Shown: positions 1 through 10,040 of the stretch, in pieces
How positions within the stretch are numbered: position 1 is the first letter of the stretch
How the letters are laid out: the number at the start of each line of letters is the position of its first letter
Origin: an uncultured Chlorobiaceae bacterium
GTDB lineage: Bacteria; Bacteroidota; Chlorobiia; Chlorobiales; Chlorobiaceae
Direction: 5' to 3'
DNA: 64,000 bases
Assembly (NCBI GenBank): GCA_903939765.1
Contig: CAJAIK010000115.1
Location: 55,871-119,870 of the forward strand
Made by a program: the position numbers and the translations under genes
Notes under the pieces: model-generated
What the model was told of the DNA's origin: nothing
Databases searched by the model: none
What the model saw: the letters and a program-made list of their open reading frames with translations, nothing else

Positions 1-1056
1 CTCAAGGCCCGCATGGCGCATGATGAAGGTGACAAGTGCCGTGGGAATTGTGCCGTGCGGAGCCGCTCCAAATGAACCGTTAGGGGGAGTTATCGGGCAG
101 CTTTGCAAGAACTTGCGCACCATCTGCGTACCACTCTTGCGCGCCTGTTTCAAAAGCTCAGCCTCAAGTTCGGCGCTGCTGTGCTGCGCAAAGAGGTCAG
201 CAAAGAGAGCGCAATTGCGCGCCACACCCATCAGTTCAGCAACATCGCGCGAAAGCGACAGGGCCGCTGGGCCACTGAAGCCACGATGCGTAAAGAGCAG
301 GTCGCCGCGCCGCTCAGCACTCTTTCCTCCAGCAGTGGCAACAAGGCTTACCCCACGGAGCGCAAGCCCTGAAAGTGAGGCGGGAGGCGGCTTGATGGTG
401 AAGAGCGGTGCCAGTGCAGCCGAAGGCTTGGTGATGGTGTGGCCAAACGATCGGGCAATTGCAAGGCCATCACCCGTTGTGCCGGTTTTTGAGTAAGAGA
501 CGCCGCCAGTTGCCAGAATGAGATGATCTGCCGTGAACACATCCTCTGCAGTTGTCACCACAAAGAGCTCCCCCTTGCGCTCCACACTTCGAACCCTGCA
601 GGAATAGTGCGCCTCTACCCGCGACTCCCGCAGCAGCTCCTCAAAAGCTCGGACCACCGTTGCAGCATCTCCGCTGACAGGAAAAACCTTTCCGTCAGCC
701 CTCTCTTCGATTTCAACACCCCGTAAACGAAGGAGTTCAAGAAGGTCGCTGTTTGAAAAACTGTAGAGGGCGTGACGCAAAAAACGCGCTTCATTGCGGC
801 GCAAAAAGCCCTCCTCAAGCAGCTCCGCCGGAGTGCCCCGGTGGGTCACATTACATTTACCGCCCCCCGATATCCTGATTTTCGCTCCGGGGCGCGCATT
901 CCGCTCAAGGAGGGTTATGGAACAGGGCTGGCTGGGACCCTTTGCGCTTCGACGGGCAGCAATGGCCGCAACCATCCCTGCCGCACCACCGCCAATAACG
1001 AGAATCGTGGAATGGAGCTGGCCCGCTCCCTCTGCTGTTGTTTCATTTTTCCTCAT
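1..1056 (-). CDS. NAD(P)/FAD-dependent oxidoreductase, HI0933/YhiN (BaiN-like) flavoprotein family; 3' end runs off the window
   Basis: Own translation from ATG at 1056-1054: MRKNETTAEGAGQLHSTILVIGGGAAGMVAAIAA (GxGxxG), then ISGGGKCNVTH and LILATGGVSYSKTGTTGDG, typical of HI0933-like proteins. The frame stays open to position 1, so it is missing from the ORF track. The + strand ORFs 20..496 and 772..1584 are antisense shadows. Confidence 0.8.
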   Translation of the reverse strand, partial: MRKNETTAEGAGQLHSTILVIGGGAAGMVAAIAARRSAKGPSQPCSITLLERNARPGAKIRISGGGKCNVTHRGTPAELLEEGFLRRNEARFLRHALYSFSNSDLLELLRLRGVEIEERADGKVFPVSGDAATVVRAFEELLRESRVEAHYSCRVRSVERKGELFVVTTAEDVFTADHLILATGGVSYSKTGTTGDGLAIARSFGHTITKPSAALAPLFTIKPPPASLSGLALRGVSLVATAGGKSAERRGDLLFTHRGFSGPAALSLSRDVAELMGVARNCALFADLFAQHSSAELEAELLKQARKSGTQMVRKFLQSCPITPPNGSFGAAPHGTIPTALVTFIMRHAGLE

Positions 1057-1134
1057 GGGGGTAAAGTTACTCCGAACCGGGAATCGTGCAAGCACTCTTT
1101 TTCATTGCCTCCCTTGCCAGAACCATGCAAGAGC

Positions 1135-2298
1135 TCACTCCTGCGCCTTAACCGACATGCCATCCTTGAGTTCATTGGCGGGATGCACAACCACCCGCTG
1201 CCCAACATTGACCCCTGCAAGCACCTGCGCCTGCAAAGTCCCCCGCATCCCGACCGTCACCCCCTTATCAACCGCCCGCCCATCCTCAATAACAAAAAGA
1301 TGCCACCCCTCTTTGCCCCTGAAAAGGCTGCTGACCGGCACCTGAAGCACATCGGACGCTTCACGGAGCACAATGCTTGCCTGAACACGGAAGTTATCAC
1401 CAAGCAAAGGCTCATCCCGGCTGAGAACCGCCACAATGTTCACCCGTTTCTCTTCGATGCCGAGTGCCGAGGTTTTGGTAAAGGCGGCAGGCCCGACCGT
1501 TTTCACCACTCCCTGCAACTCCCTGTCACCGCCCCAATCCATTATCACTACACGGCTTCCGGGTTTTACCCTGATGGCATCTGAAGAGAGCACGTCAATA
1601 ACAATTTCAATGGCCGAAGGATCACCGATATCAACAAGCGGGGAACCGGCAACGACAACCCGTTCACTTTGCTCATGAATACGGAGCACACGCCCATCAA
1701 CCGGTGAGAGCGCATACACCGGTTTTTTTGACAACTGCTGATCGACAACCGCCTGCAGCGCACCAAAGTTATAGCGGGCTGCCTCAACCCCTGAACGGGC
1801 CGCGTCACCCTCTTTGCGCAGCGTTTGAGCCTCGTTTTCTGCAAGCTCATAAGCCTCTTTTGAAACGGCCCCCTCACCATAGAGGTTGCGATAACGCTCG
1901 TAGCGGCGTTCTGCCTGTGCAAGCGAGAGCGCAGCCCGGCGTTGCCTGGCAACCGCCTCATCAAGGGTTGCACGGGCAGCTCCAGACCTCGAAGAGGCTT
2001 CACGATATTCTCGGCTGTCAAGCTGGGCAGGCAGCAGTGAAGCCACCACACTCCCCTTGCGAACGCTGTCACCCTCTTCAAGCGCCACCCTCACCAACTG
2101 CCCGCTGACTGGAGCGGCAACCACAAAACGGTCATTCACACGGGTCACTCCCTCCCCTTCAAGAGTGACCTGCAACGGGCCACGCCTCACTACGGCTGAA
2201 TCCACAGGAAATGGAGATGGCCGGAAGACAAAAAAAAGGATAAGTGCCGCCACAGCAACGGAGATCGCAGCAATGCGCTGTGTTTTTGAGAGTACCAT
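1135..2298 (-). CDS. HlyD-family efflux periplasmic adaptor (membrane fusion protein)
   Basis: 387 aa with an N-terminal TM anchor, a lipoyl-like hairpin ([28 protein letters not shown]), a long coiled-coil segment and a beta-barrel C-terminus. It is the last gene of the ATPase-permease-adaptor operon. Confidence 0.85.
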   Translation of the reverse strand: MVLSKTQRIAAISVAVAALILFFVFRPSPFPVDSAVVRRGPLQVTLEGEGVTRVNDRFVVAAPVSGQLVRVALEEGDSVRKGSVVASLLPAQLDSREYREASSRSGAARATLDEAVARQRRAALSLAQAERRYERYRNLYGEGAVSKEAYELAENEAQTLRKEGDAARSGVEAARYNFGALQAVVDQQLSKKPVYALSPVDGRVLRIHEQSERVVVAGSPLVDIGDPSAIEIVIDVLSSDAIRVKPGSRVVIMDWGGDRELQGVVKTVGPAAFTKTSALGIEEKRVNIVAVLSRDEPLLGDNFRVQASIVLREASDVLQVPVSSLFRGKEGWHLFVIEDGRAVDKGVTVGMRGTLQAQVLAGVNVGQRVVVHPANELKDGMSVKAQE

Positions 2299-2303
2299 AG
2301 AAT

Positions 2304-4667
2304 TTATTCCCTTGTTTTTAAAACCTCGACAAGATCAAGCCCCGTAAGCCGTCTTCTAACCAGAAAAGCAGAAACAACCGAGACAAGAACAATAACCAAA
2401 AAGGCAAAGAGAAAGTTAAAGGCGCTGAAGACCAGAGGGAGACGGTAGAGTTCCGAACTGAGTGCATGGGCAAGCAGTGCGGAGAGCCCGATGCCGATCA
2501 GAAAACCGACCGGGATGGCCGCCATCGTCAGCAGCGCCTGTTCACCAAGCAAAATAAAGGAAATTTCCCCTTTTGTCATGCCAAGCACCCTGAGGCTTGT
2601 CAGTTCGCGTGCCCGCTCGGAGAGGGAGATACGGGCGCCATTGTAGACCACCGCAAAAGCAAGCACACAGGCGAAAGAGGTAAGAATGAGGGTCGAGGTA
2701 TTCATGCTCCGGGCAATCAGCTCATCAAAACTCTGCTTCATCGCCTTGAGCATCATGATGCCCGAAACTCCCGGCATCCTCTTGAAGGTGGTGTAAAGCT
2801 TCTCTGACTTTGCGGGATCGAGACGCAGATATGCCGCATTCAGCGCACCTCCATCACCTGCCAGACGGTTCAGCGCAGCAAGATTCATGTAGGCCGAAAG
2901 ACCGAGAATTTCATCAATGGTGCCGCTCACAAAAAGCTCTGCATGACGCTGGCGCCCCTGCAAAAAATCAATCTGCAATTTGTCGCCCGGCTTTACACCA
3001 AGCAATGTTGCCAGCGTTGAGGTAAGCAGAACGCCCTCAGGCGGAAGGCTGAGCCGACGGTTCGACTTGTCAACCAGCCGCTGCAACCCCTCTGCCGACT
3101 CCATCCCCTTGATCGACTGCCGCCGGACACGGTGACCGAAACTCATCTTCACCGGCTCTTCACGGTAATATTCATGCTCAACCACCCCGTCGAGCGAAGC
3201 AATGTTAAATCGCACCGAAGGAGGCATGGGGTTATTGAAAATCACCGTAACATCCTCGCGGTGCTTTTCGTTGAACTCCACCTGTACCATCCGGTCAAGG
3301 GAGTCGTAGGTGTAACGGCCCGCAATAAGAATTGCCACGGAAAGGGAGATCATCAGTACCGAGAGCGCTGCTTTCCAGGGACGGCGCTCCAGGTTACGCA
3401 CAATAATCCTCACCGATACCGGGATCTTTTTACGCAACGACTCCCGATCGAAAATGCCCGGCTTATAGAGCACCGGAGAGTCCGGGCGCATCGCCTCAGC
3501 CGGAGGGAGTTGCACTGCGCTGCGTACTGCGCCAAGTGCTCCAACAATGGCCGCTGCAAAACTCAACAGAACCGAGAGGGCAACATCCTCGAAGCGGAAG
3601 TAATAGACCAGCTCGGCAAAATTGTAAAACTCGGCATAGATGTTCATCAGCCCCCTGCCAAGCCACGCCCCGAGCAGTGTACCCACAACCGCCCCGAATG
3701 CCGTGGGGATCATGGCAAACCCGAGATAGTGCAGCCCGACATCCTCGTTTGAGTAGCCGATGGCCTTGAGCACAGCAATCTGGTCGCGCTGTGTGGCCAC
3801 AATACGGCGAAGCACGATATTGAGCAAAAAGACCGCCACAGCCAGAAAGACAACTGGCAGAAAAGTAATCTGGATGCCGACCTGCTTGATCTCATCAACA
3901 ATAAATCGGTCTGAAAGATGCTCACTCCGCCCGTAAGCACCAAGCGAACCGTAGCGTTTAAAGAGGTTATCGAGCCGCATGATAACATCTTTTTCCGATG
4001 CTCCGTGAGCCAGTGTCAGCGACAGGTCGTTGAAGGCACCGCTCATGTCGAGCGCCGACCCAAGCGAACGGCGACCCATCCAGAAAACCCCGAAGCGGCG
4101 CTTGTCGGGGAAAAATGAGCCGGGCTGCACCTCATAGATATACTCGGGCGAGAGCCCCATACCGACAATCAGCAACTCACGCTTTCGACCATTGATCACC
4201 GCACTGATCCGGTCGCCGGGAGCAAGGTGGTTGGCTTCGAGAAAGGGTTTGCTCGCTATCACCTCTTCAGGCTTGCCCGGCTCGATATAGCGCCCCTTTT
4301 TCAGAAAAAGATCATTCAGTACCGGAGTACGGTAGTCAGGAATCGAGACAAGCCGGGCGGAGGCGGGTTCATCAAGCCCAGGCACATCGAGAGTGACGTC
4401 AGCCGTAATGCGCGTGCTGACCGATGCCACCCCCGGAATACGGCTCACCGCTTCGCGGTAAAACTCCGGAGCACGCTTCACCTGCACAAAAACATCTGCA
4501 AAACGAAAACGGTTGTAATAGCGCTGCCGCGACGCCTCAAGCGAATATTTCACACTGCTCATGGAGACAAAAACCGAAATGCCGCAAGCCACAACAGCCG
4601 CAACGGCAAGCATCTGCCCCTTGAGGCGCATCAGTTCGCGCAACAGCTTTCTATGAAGGACTTTCAT
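2304..4667 (-). CDS. ABC transporter permease, FtsX/MacB-type with duplicated FtsX modules
   Basis: 787 aa with two sets of TM helices separated by large extracytoplasmic domains. It sits between the ATPase and the HlyD gene, with 5-8 nt gaps. Confidence 0.85.
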   Translation of the reverse strand: MKVLHRKLLRELMRLKGQMLAVAAVVACGISVFVSMSSVKYSLEASRQRYYNRFRFADVFVQVKRAPEFYREAVSRIPGVASVSTRITADVTLDVPGLDEPASARLVSIPDYRTPVLNDLFLKKGRYIEPGKPEEVIASKPFLEANHLAPGDRISAVINGRKRELLIVGMGLSPEYIYEVQPGSFFPDKRRFGVFWMGRRSLGSALDMSGAFNDLSLTLAHGASEKDVIMRLDNLFKRYGSLGAYGRSEHLSDRFIVDEIKQVGIQITFLPVVFLAVAVFLLNIVLRRIVATQRDQIAVLKAIGYSNEDVGLHYLGFAMIPTAFGAVVGTLLGAWLGRGLMNIYAEFYNFAELVYYFRFEDVALSVLLSFAAAIVGALGAVRSAVQLPPAEAMRPDSPVLYKPGIFDRESLRKKIPVSVRIIVRNLERRPWKAALSVLMISLSVAILIAGRYTYDSLDRMVQVEFNEKHREDVTVIFNNPMPPSVRFNIASLDGVVEHEYYREEPVKMSFGHRVRRQSIKGMESAEGLQRLVDKSNRRLSLPPEGVLLTSTLATLLGVKPGDKLQIDFLQGRQRHAELFVSGTIDEILGLSAYMNLAALNRLAGDGGALNAAYLRLDPAKSEKLYTTFKRMPGVSGIMMLKAMKQSFDELIARSMNTSTLILTSFACVLAFAVVYNGARISLSERARELTSLRVLGMTKGEISFILLGEQALLTMAAIPVGFLIGIGLSALLAHALSSELYRLPLVFSAFNFLFAFLVIVLVSVVSAFLVRRRLTGLDLVEVLKTRE

Positions 4668-4675
4668 CGCTCGCC

Positions 4676-5431
4676 CTACCAGACCAGTTCCGAAGGTGAC
4701 ATCCGGGTGAGGTTTCGCCGGTCCTCGGAGAGCTCGCCGCTCCGCAGACGTACAACCCGGTCAGCCATCCCCGCAATCGAAGCGTTATGGGTGATGACCA
4801 AGGTTGTCGTACCCAGTTCGCGATTGACCTTCTCAATCACATCAAGCACCAGTTTACCAGTCTGAAAATCGAGTGCCCCCGTGGGCTCATCACAGAGCAA
4901 CAGCTCAGGCCGCTTCGCAACCGCCCTCGCAATGGCCACACGCTGCTGCTCCCCGCCGGAAAGCTGGGCCGGAAAATGGTTCAGACGGTCACCAAGACCA
5001 ACCAGCCTGAGCGCCTCCACCGCATCCATCGGATTCACAGCAATTTCGGTCACAAGCTGCACATTTTCAAGCGCCGAAAGGCTTGATATCAGATTGTAAA
5101 ACTGGAAGACAAAACCGATCGAGCGGCGCCGGTAAGCGGTCAGCTCCGCCTCAGTAGCCGCAGTAATCTCACGCCCGTGAAAAAATAGTTTCCCTGAAGA
5201 GGGCACATCAAGCCCGCCAATAATATTGAGCAAGGTCGATTTCCCGCTGCCGGAAGCCCCCAGCAGCACCGCCAACTCCCCCGCATGAAACTCCAGCGAA
5301 ATATGCTTCAGCGCATCAACCCGCACCTCCCCCATCGTGTAGAATTTCGACAGGTCAGTGATGGTGAGCACCTCCACGTGCTGCCCTCTGTCCGATGGAT
5401 TATCCGGCTGTGTAGAATTGTTTGAATTCAT
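4676..5431 (-). CDS. ABC transporter ATP-binding protein (MacB/LolD-like)
   Basis: Walker [10 protein letters not shown], signature LSGGEQQR, Walker [14 protein letters not shown] moved the start to the ATG at 5431 (MNSNNSTQ...). The 109-aa upstream extension of ORF 4676..5758 overlaps the VOC gene and has no homology-like features. Confidence 0.9.
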   Translation of the reverse strand: MNSNNSTQPDNPSDRGQHVEVLTITDLSKFYTMGEVRVDALKHISLEFHAGELAVLLGASGSGKSTLLNIIGGLDVPSSGKLFFHGREITAATEAELTAYRRRSIGFVFQFYNLISSLSALENVQLVTEIAVNPMDAVEALRLVGLGDRLNHFPAQLSGGEQQRVAIARAVAKRPELLLCDEPTGALDFQTGKLVLDVIEKVNRELGTTTLVITHNASIAGMADRVVRLRSGELSEDRRNLTRMSPSELVW

Positions 5432-5798
5432 CTGAGGGTTGCCGTTCAGAGTAGATGTAGAGTGACGTTCCAATGGGATCAATAATCGAAAATCCCCTGT
5501 CGCCCCATGGATGATCTTCAAGCGCCATGACAGGCTGCACTCCCTCCCCCAATAGTCTTGAATGTTCTGCATCAACATCGTCAACCCTGAAATTGAGCAT
5601 AACTCCCTCTGCACAGTATTCCGCCATGCCCTCTTTCGGTTGCATGAACTGAATCGAAGGTCCATCTCCTGCAATGCGCAGGTTGAGATACCAACCGCAA
5701 TCAAAAATGGCCTTTGCTGAAAAATGACGCTGATAAAAATCGCGGCAGGCGTCGACATTCCTGGTGACGAAGCAGGGCGATAATTCAGGTGCGTTCAT
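5400..5798 (-). CDS. VOC (glyoxalase/bleomycin-resistance/dioxygenase) family protein
   Basis: ~130 aa beta-alpha-beta-beta-beta-like pattern ([17 protein letters not shown] ... [18 protein letters not shown]). I prefer the ATG at 5798 because it is preceded by GGGAGAAGAG. The gene overlaps the downstream ATPase start by 32 nt. Confidence 0.7.
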   Translation of the reverse strand: MNAPELSPCFVTRNVDACRDFYQRHFSAKAIFDCGWYLNLRIAGDGPSIQFMQPKEGMAEYCAEGVMLNFRVDDVDAEHSRLLGEGVQPVMALEDHPWGDRGFSIIDPIGTSLYIYSERQPSDEFKQFYTAG

Positions 5799-5972
5799 AG
5801 GCTCTTCTCCCTTTTTTTCTTTATTCAATGTGGTTTATTGCAACTTTTGTTCAGCAACCTCCTCACAAAAAAAACGAGTTACCAGCAGCACAACACAGAG
5901 TATCCGCAATGAACAGCAGGCTAACGAGGCCCAAACGGATAAAGCAACCAAGAAAATCCTGTACAACAGCCC

Positions 5973-6374
5973 TTACTTCGAAAGAAGGATAAAAAAATCT
6001 GATTTTGCCGCTTTTTTATCGAAAGTAATCACCTGTTCACAACCGGACGATACCGCATCGAAGGCAATCAAAAGGTCTGAAAGGTCGAGATTATTTTTTT
6101 TGGCATCTGAAATAAACGACCTTACCGCCGACTGTGCATCAAAAACAAGGATGGGAAGCAGCAAAAGCTCTCCAAGTGCATCAAGAATTTCTTGCCGTGG
6201 AATTTTATAAGCAGAGTCGAGCACCCATATCAGCTCAAGAAGAACAGGAATAGAGACAAAGAAAACTGTTTTTTCCGCCTCGGCAGCTTTAAACAACCGG
6301 TAGACGCGTTCAGCCTGATCGACGTCGTCACGAACGAGAAAGCGGGCAAGAATATTGGTATCAAGGGCATTCAT
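5973..6374 (-). CDS. vapC: Type II toxin VapC (PIN-domain ribonuclease)
   Basis: [17 protein letters not shown] (PIN acidic residue 1) with further acidic positions downstream. It overlaps the upstream antitoxin gene by 4 nt. Confidence 0.85.
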   Translation of the reverse strand: MNALDTNILARFLVRDDVDQAERVYRLFKAAEAEKTVFFVSIPVLLELIWVLDSAYKIPRQEILDALGELLLLPILVFDAQSAVRSFISDAKKNNLDLSDLLIAFDAVSSGCEQVITFDKKAAKSDFFILLSK

Positions 6375-6619
6375 AGCTCTGGTTGCTGGAATTTTCGCTT
6401 GAGAGCGTCACCGATTGCCTCGATTGAGAGTGCTTTTCTTTCCGCGTTAAACAGTTTTCCGTAAAGATCGTCAACATTTTTTTTGATTGGCGTCACAATA
6501 ATCCGCCCCCCCTTTTCGCAGGAAAAATCAAGTTTGTCGCCTGAATGCAGTCCGAAAATTTCACGAACCTCTTTCGGTATGGTCACTTGACCTTTGTTCG
6601 TCATTGTTGCAATAGCCAT
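6371..6619 (-). CDS. vapB: AbrB/MazE/SpoVT-family antitoxin (VapB)
   Basis: The swapped-hairpin motif [16 protein letters not shown] is present. 82 aa, immediately upstream of the PIN gene. Confidence 0.85.
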   Translation of the reverse strand: MAIATMTNKGQVTIPKEVREIFGLHSGDKLDFSCEKGGRIIVTPIKKNVDDLYGKLFNAERKALSIEAIGDALKRKFQQPEL

Positions 6620-6738
6620 CGTCGAACTCCTTACTCTATAAATGGTTCCTTACTTGATGGTAAGGAATAATAACAACAGTGCAAAAAGAGTTTCAAAACA
6701 AAAAACGTTCGGCAGCCATCAAACAGAGCATACGACCC

Positions 6739-7077
6739 TCATTCCGGCAAGGTGACCTCCCCGATGATGCTGTCAAAATCAACCGGGAAAGAGGGTTCTA
6801 TCTTGTTAAAGCTGTCACGTCCTTCAGGCATGGTGTGAATTCCTTTGGGCAGGCTCTCATGGGCAATAATATACTCACGGAGATAGTTGGTGAGTCGGTA
6901 GTATCCACTCGGCTTCCCGGTTGACTCAAGCGCTGGCTTACCCGAGGCCCAACCATCAACGATTTGCTGAATTGTTGCCTGGTAGAGAGCCTTTTTCCGG
7001 TTTCGTTCCAGGCTTTTCTGCTCTTCTTTTCCCATCGTTACCGTAGTGGCAAGTTTTTTTTTCGGGAACTCACTCAT
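6739..7077 (-). CDS. Hypothetical protein
   Basis: A 112-aa ORF with a coding-like composition but no motif I recognise. Confidence 0.4.
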   Translation of the reverse strand: MSEFPKKKLATTVTMGKEEQKSLERNRKKALYQATIQQIVDGWASGKPALESTGKPSGYYRLTNYLREYIIAHESLPKGIHTMPEGRDSFNKIEPSFPVDFDSIIGEVTLPE

Positions 7078-7458
7078 ATTCAGTATCCGTATTTATCGTT
7101 CGGTCAGTCAAGGTTTGAGCGGCAATATAAGCATACCCGCCTTTTTTTCCCTGTACCAACAAGATGACTGTTTGAGAATCTTCAGGTCAACGATTCCATC
7201 CATGCACGACAGGTAAACGCTGTCACTTTAAAAACAGGGAAATGGCTTCCGCAGAGGAACTCCCTGAATGATCCCGAAAATACGATCAAATATACATCAT
7301 TCCTCTATTTTTTCTTGTTTGGTCAAAAGTCCCCGCAGAGGAATCTTCTGCTGAGCACTCTTGCAACCTCTGAAAATTTCTTATTTTCCCTGAAATTTCA
7401 ACACCAACTGCGCTGCTTCGGCTCCTGCATACACTCTCTTTCCAACAGCAAAAAGCTT

Positions 7459-7914
7459 ATGGACGTAAACATCTTCGTTATCATTTCTGTCGTGCTGGTT
7501 ATCGGCATGATGGCTGGCTTAGAAATCGGTCTCTTCATTGCAAAAAAAGCTTCGGCAGGCCGGGGTGAGCTTGTCACGATCGGCCCATCAACCGTAAGCG
7601 GGCGGGGTGCTTTTGCCCTGAAGAAGATCAGCGAGGGCGACACTATCGAGCGCTGTCCGGCCCTTGAGGTGACTGACAAAGACGTCGGGGGGGAACTGCT
7701 GAACTATGTTTTTTACGGCAGCACAGAGAGCGCCCGGCTGGTGGTGATGGGTAATGGGATGCTCTTTAACCACTCATCAACACCCAACGTCGCCTACTAC
7801 CGCGAGCAGGGAGAACTCGGGGTGGAACTTGTCCTCTATGCGTTGCGCAATATCAGCAAGGGTGAAGAACTTTTCTACAGCTACGGAGATGAATGGTGGG
7901 CCACCAGAGCATGA
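7459..7914 (+). CDS. SET-domain protein (putative lysine methyltransferase) with N-terminal TM anchor
   Basis: GRGAFALKKISEGDTIE, NHSSTPNV and GEELFYSYG match the SET core motifs. I prefer the ATG at 7459 (MDVNIFVIISVVLVIGMMAGL, hydrophobic) over the TTG at 7315. Confidence 0.8.
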   Translation: MDVNIFVIISVVLVIGMMAGLEIGLFIAKKASAGRGELVTIGPSTVSGRGAFALKKISEGDTIERCPALEVTDKDVGGELLNYVFYGSTESARLVVMGNGMLFNHSSTPNVAYYREQGELGVELVLYALRNISKGEELFYSYGDEWWATRA

Positions 7915-7923
7915 TGCAGAAAT

Positions 7924-9147
7924 TCACCAGCGCTTTAAAAGAATCCGCTTCATGGCCGCTTCGTCAAGTTGCACAGCATTGCTCTTGCTGCGGGTAGCGG
8001 CGACAATGCCATCAAGATCTTCAAAAGCGAGCCCGAAACTGCGCAGTCGGGGAAAAGAGAGCAACGCCTGCCACTCCTCAAGCGTTTCCACCAGCCTTTC
8101 GCATCCTGCATGAACATCCCTGTCGGCAACTCCCGAGAGGATGGCGCCCGCCTTTGCATATTTCTGCAACGCAGGATGGCTCTCAAAAATGGCGCGAAGC
8201 TGGACAATATTCTCCCGCGTCGCTTCGGCAAGCAGTGTGGCGCAGAGTGTGCCGTGCGGAATGTCGATCAAGCCACCCACCGACGAGGCAAAGCCGTGCA
8301 CAATCCCGAGACCGGCATTGGCAAGCGCAATACCCGACATCAGTGCGGCATAGGCAACGTCACCCCGCACAGCGCTGTCGCCAGAACCGTCGGTGCAGGC
8401 AGAAAGAAAGGAGCGGCTGAAGCGCTCAAGCCCACTGCAAGTTATGGCGTCAGTATAGGGCGTTGCAAAGGGAGAGGTAAAGGCTTCAAGAAGCTGGGTA
8501 CAGCCGTCCATCCCTGATGCTGCCGTCAGTTCCGGAGATACGGTCGTCATCAGTTCCGGGTCAATCAGGGCAATATCGGGCACAAACGCTGCATGGCGGA
8601 GGGAGCGCTTGAAACCGTTCCGGCCAATCCGGCTGATGACCGCGTTATTTGTCACCTCGCTGCCGGTACCCGATGTTGTCGGCACAGCAATAAAGGGCAC
8701 CTTCCGCCCGTCATGCTGCATGAAACCCTCTTGTCCCTCAATAAAGCGCTCAACCGGTAAATCACAAAGCAGCATGGCTGAAATGGCCTTGCCAGCATCA
8801 AGCACACTGCCGCCACCGACCGCCAGAACAACATCAATCGCAAGCTCCCGATACTTTGAAACAGCACCGTTTACAAGTTCCGGAGAGGGTTCCCTATCAA
8901 CGACAAGGAGAAAAGGACGCATTCCTCCAGATTGCAGGCTCTCCATCAGCTCCGTCGAACGACCTGACCGCTGCAGGGCATGAGCGCCAGTAACAACCAG
9001 AATATTGTTGCCAAAGCTTCCGGCAAGTTCCGCAAGCCCCGAAAACCGCCCGGCACCAAAATGAATTGCCGGAAGCGGCAGCAGGGAGAAATCAAGGGGA
9101 GGATTTGGTGTAAACATAAAAGGTATGCCCTTTTTGCATTTTATCAA
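7924..9147 (-). CDS. Iron-containing (group III) alcohol dehydrogenase family protein
   Basis: GGGSVLDAGKA and VPTTSGTGSEVT motifs plus a His-rich metal-site region (GIVHGF, IPHG). An alternative start is the ATG at 9117. It is co-directional with the CbiR-like gene and 66-96 nt downstream of it. Confidence 0.85.
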   Translation of the reverse strand: MIKCKKGIPFMFTPNPPLDFSLLPLPAIHFGAGRFSGLAELAGSFGNNILVVTGAHALQRSGRSTELMESLQSGGMRPFLLVVDREPSPELVNGAVSKYRELAIDVVLAVGGGSVLDAGKAISAMLLCDLPVERFIEGQEGFMQHDGRKVPFIAVPTTSGTGSEVTNNAVISRIGRNGFKRSLRHAAFVPDIALIDPELMTTVSPELTAASGMDGCTQLLEAFTSPFATPYTDAITCSGLERFSRSFLSACTDGSGDSAVRGDVAYAALMSGIALANAGLGIVHGFASSVGGLIDIPHGTLCATLLAEATRENIVQLRAIFESHPALQKYAKAGAILSGVADRDVHAGCERLVETLEEWQALLSFPRLRSFGLAFEDLDGIVAATRSKSNAVQLDEAAMKRILLKRW

Positions 9148-9213
9148 GAACGATTCCTTTCCGGAACAAACAATGGTGAGTGTGCATCTCCTTCTGCCCC
9201 TTCCAAAATCGCT

Positions 9214-10035
9214 TTAAAACTCATTCTCTCTGGCAACGGCCACAAACCGCTCCATCACCCGGCACGAGGAGTCAAAATCCTCATGCGAAAAAATCTCCAT
9301 GGTAAAGACACGGCTGGCCAATGGCTGAAGCGCAAGTTCACCCATAAGCAACTCAAGCGCCTCCGGTTTCAGGTAGCTCAGTGAATTGTGATCTTTGCCG
9401 TCCAGAGTGCCATGAACATGCAGCACTTTGGCGTATTGGAGGTATCGCTTGAGATAGTCCGCAGTCGGGAATCCGTAAAACTCAAGATGGCCCACATCAA
9501 GCGTGACGGAGAGGCCAAACTCTTCGACCACGGGCCAGACAAGCTCAAAGGGGTAGTTGAGATTTTCAACGCAGAATTCTGATGCTGGTACAGCGGTACC
9601 TTGCAGAAGCATTGCTATAGAATCACGCAGCGACTCCGTAAAGAGTCTGTTTTCATCCGCAGAAAATCCGTTGATATCGACACCAGGACCCGCCTCAAAG
9701 TGCATGACACAGGCTGATTTCGGCAGATCACGGGTCAGTTCGATAATGCGCAGGCATTTTTCGACGGAGCGCTCCCGCTCCAGGCGGTCAGGATGGCCGA
9801 GATAGACGTCGAGCGGGAGGTGCACCGAGTAGGTCAACTCATTCTCTTCGGCCAACTCCGCAAGCTTCTGCATATCAGCGGGCGAAGGCAGATTGCTGAA
9901 TTCATCCGACTCAAAGAGTACCAGCTCAATATCGTCCACCTTATCCTTGAGAAACTCGACATTTGGAATAATATCGGCAGGAATGATGTAGGAACTTGTT
10001 CCGAAACGAAAGGGAAACTGCTGTTTACAGGTCAT
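9214..10035 (-). CDS. Xylose-isomerase-like TIM-barrel (AP endonuclease 2 superfamily) protein; possible cobamide-remodelling phosphodiesterase CbiR
   Basis: 273 aa with a TIM-barrel-like alternating pattern (FRFGTSSYIIP..., VHLPLD, HFE, TLDVGH). The CbiR call rests only on its position inside a cobalamin operon plus the fold family. Confidence 0.55.
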   Translation of the reverse strand: MTCKQQFPFRFGTSSYIIPADIIPNVEFLKDKVDDIELVLFESDEFSNLPSPADMQKLAELAEENELTYSVHLPLDVYLGHPDRLERERSVEKCLRIIELTRDLPKSACVMHFEAGPGVDINGFSADENRLFTESLRDSIAMLLQGTAVPASEFCVENLNYPFELVWPVVEEFGLSVTLDVGHLEFYGFPTADYLKRYLQYAKVLHVHGTLDGKDHNSLSYLKPEALELLMGELALQPLASRVFTMEIFSHEDFDSSCRVMERFVAVARENEF

Positions 10036-10040
10036 AGTGG

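Noticed and set aside
4676-5758. A 360-aa ORF in the track that would extend the ABC ATPase 109 aa upstream.
   Set aside because: The extension has no ATPase-family features and overlaps the well-supported VOC gene in another frame. The internal ATG at 5431 gives a normal ~250-aa ATPase.
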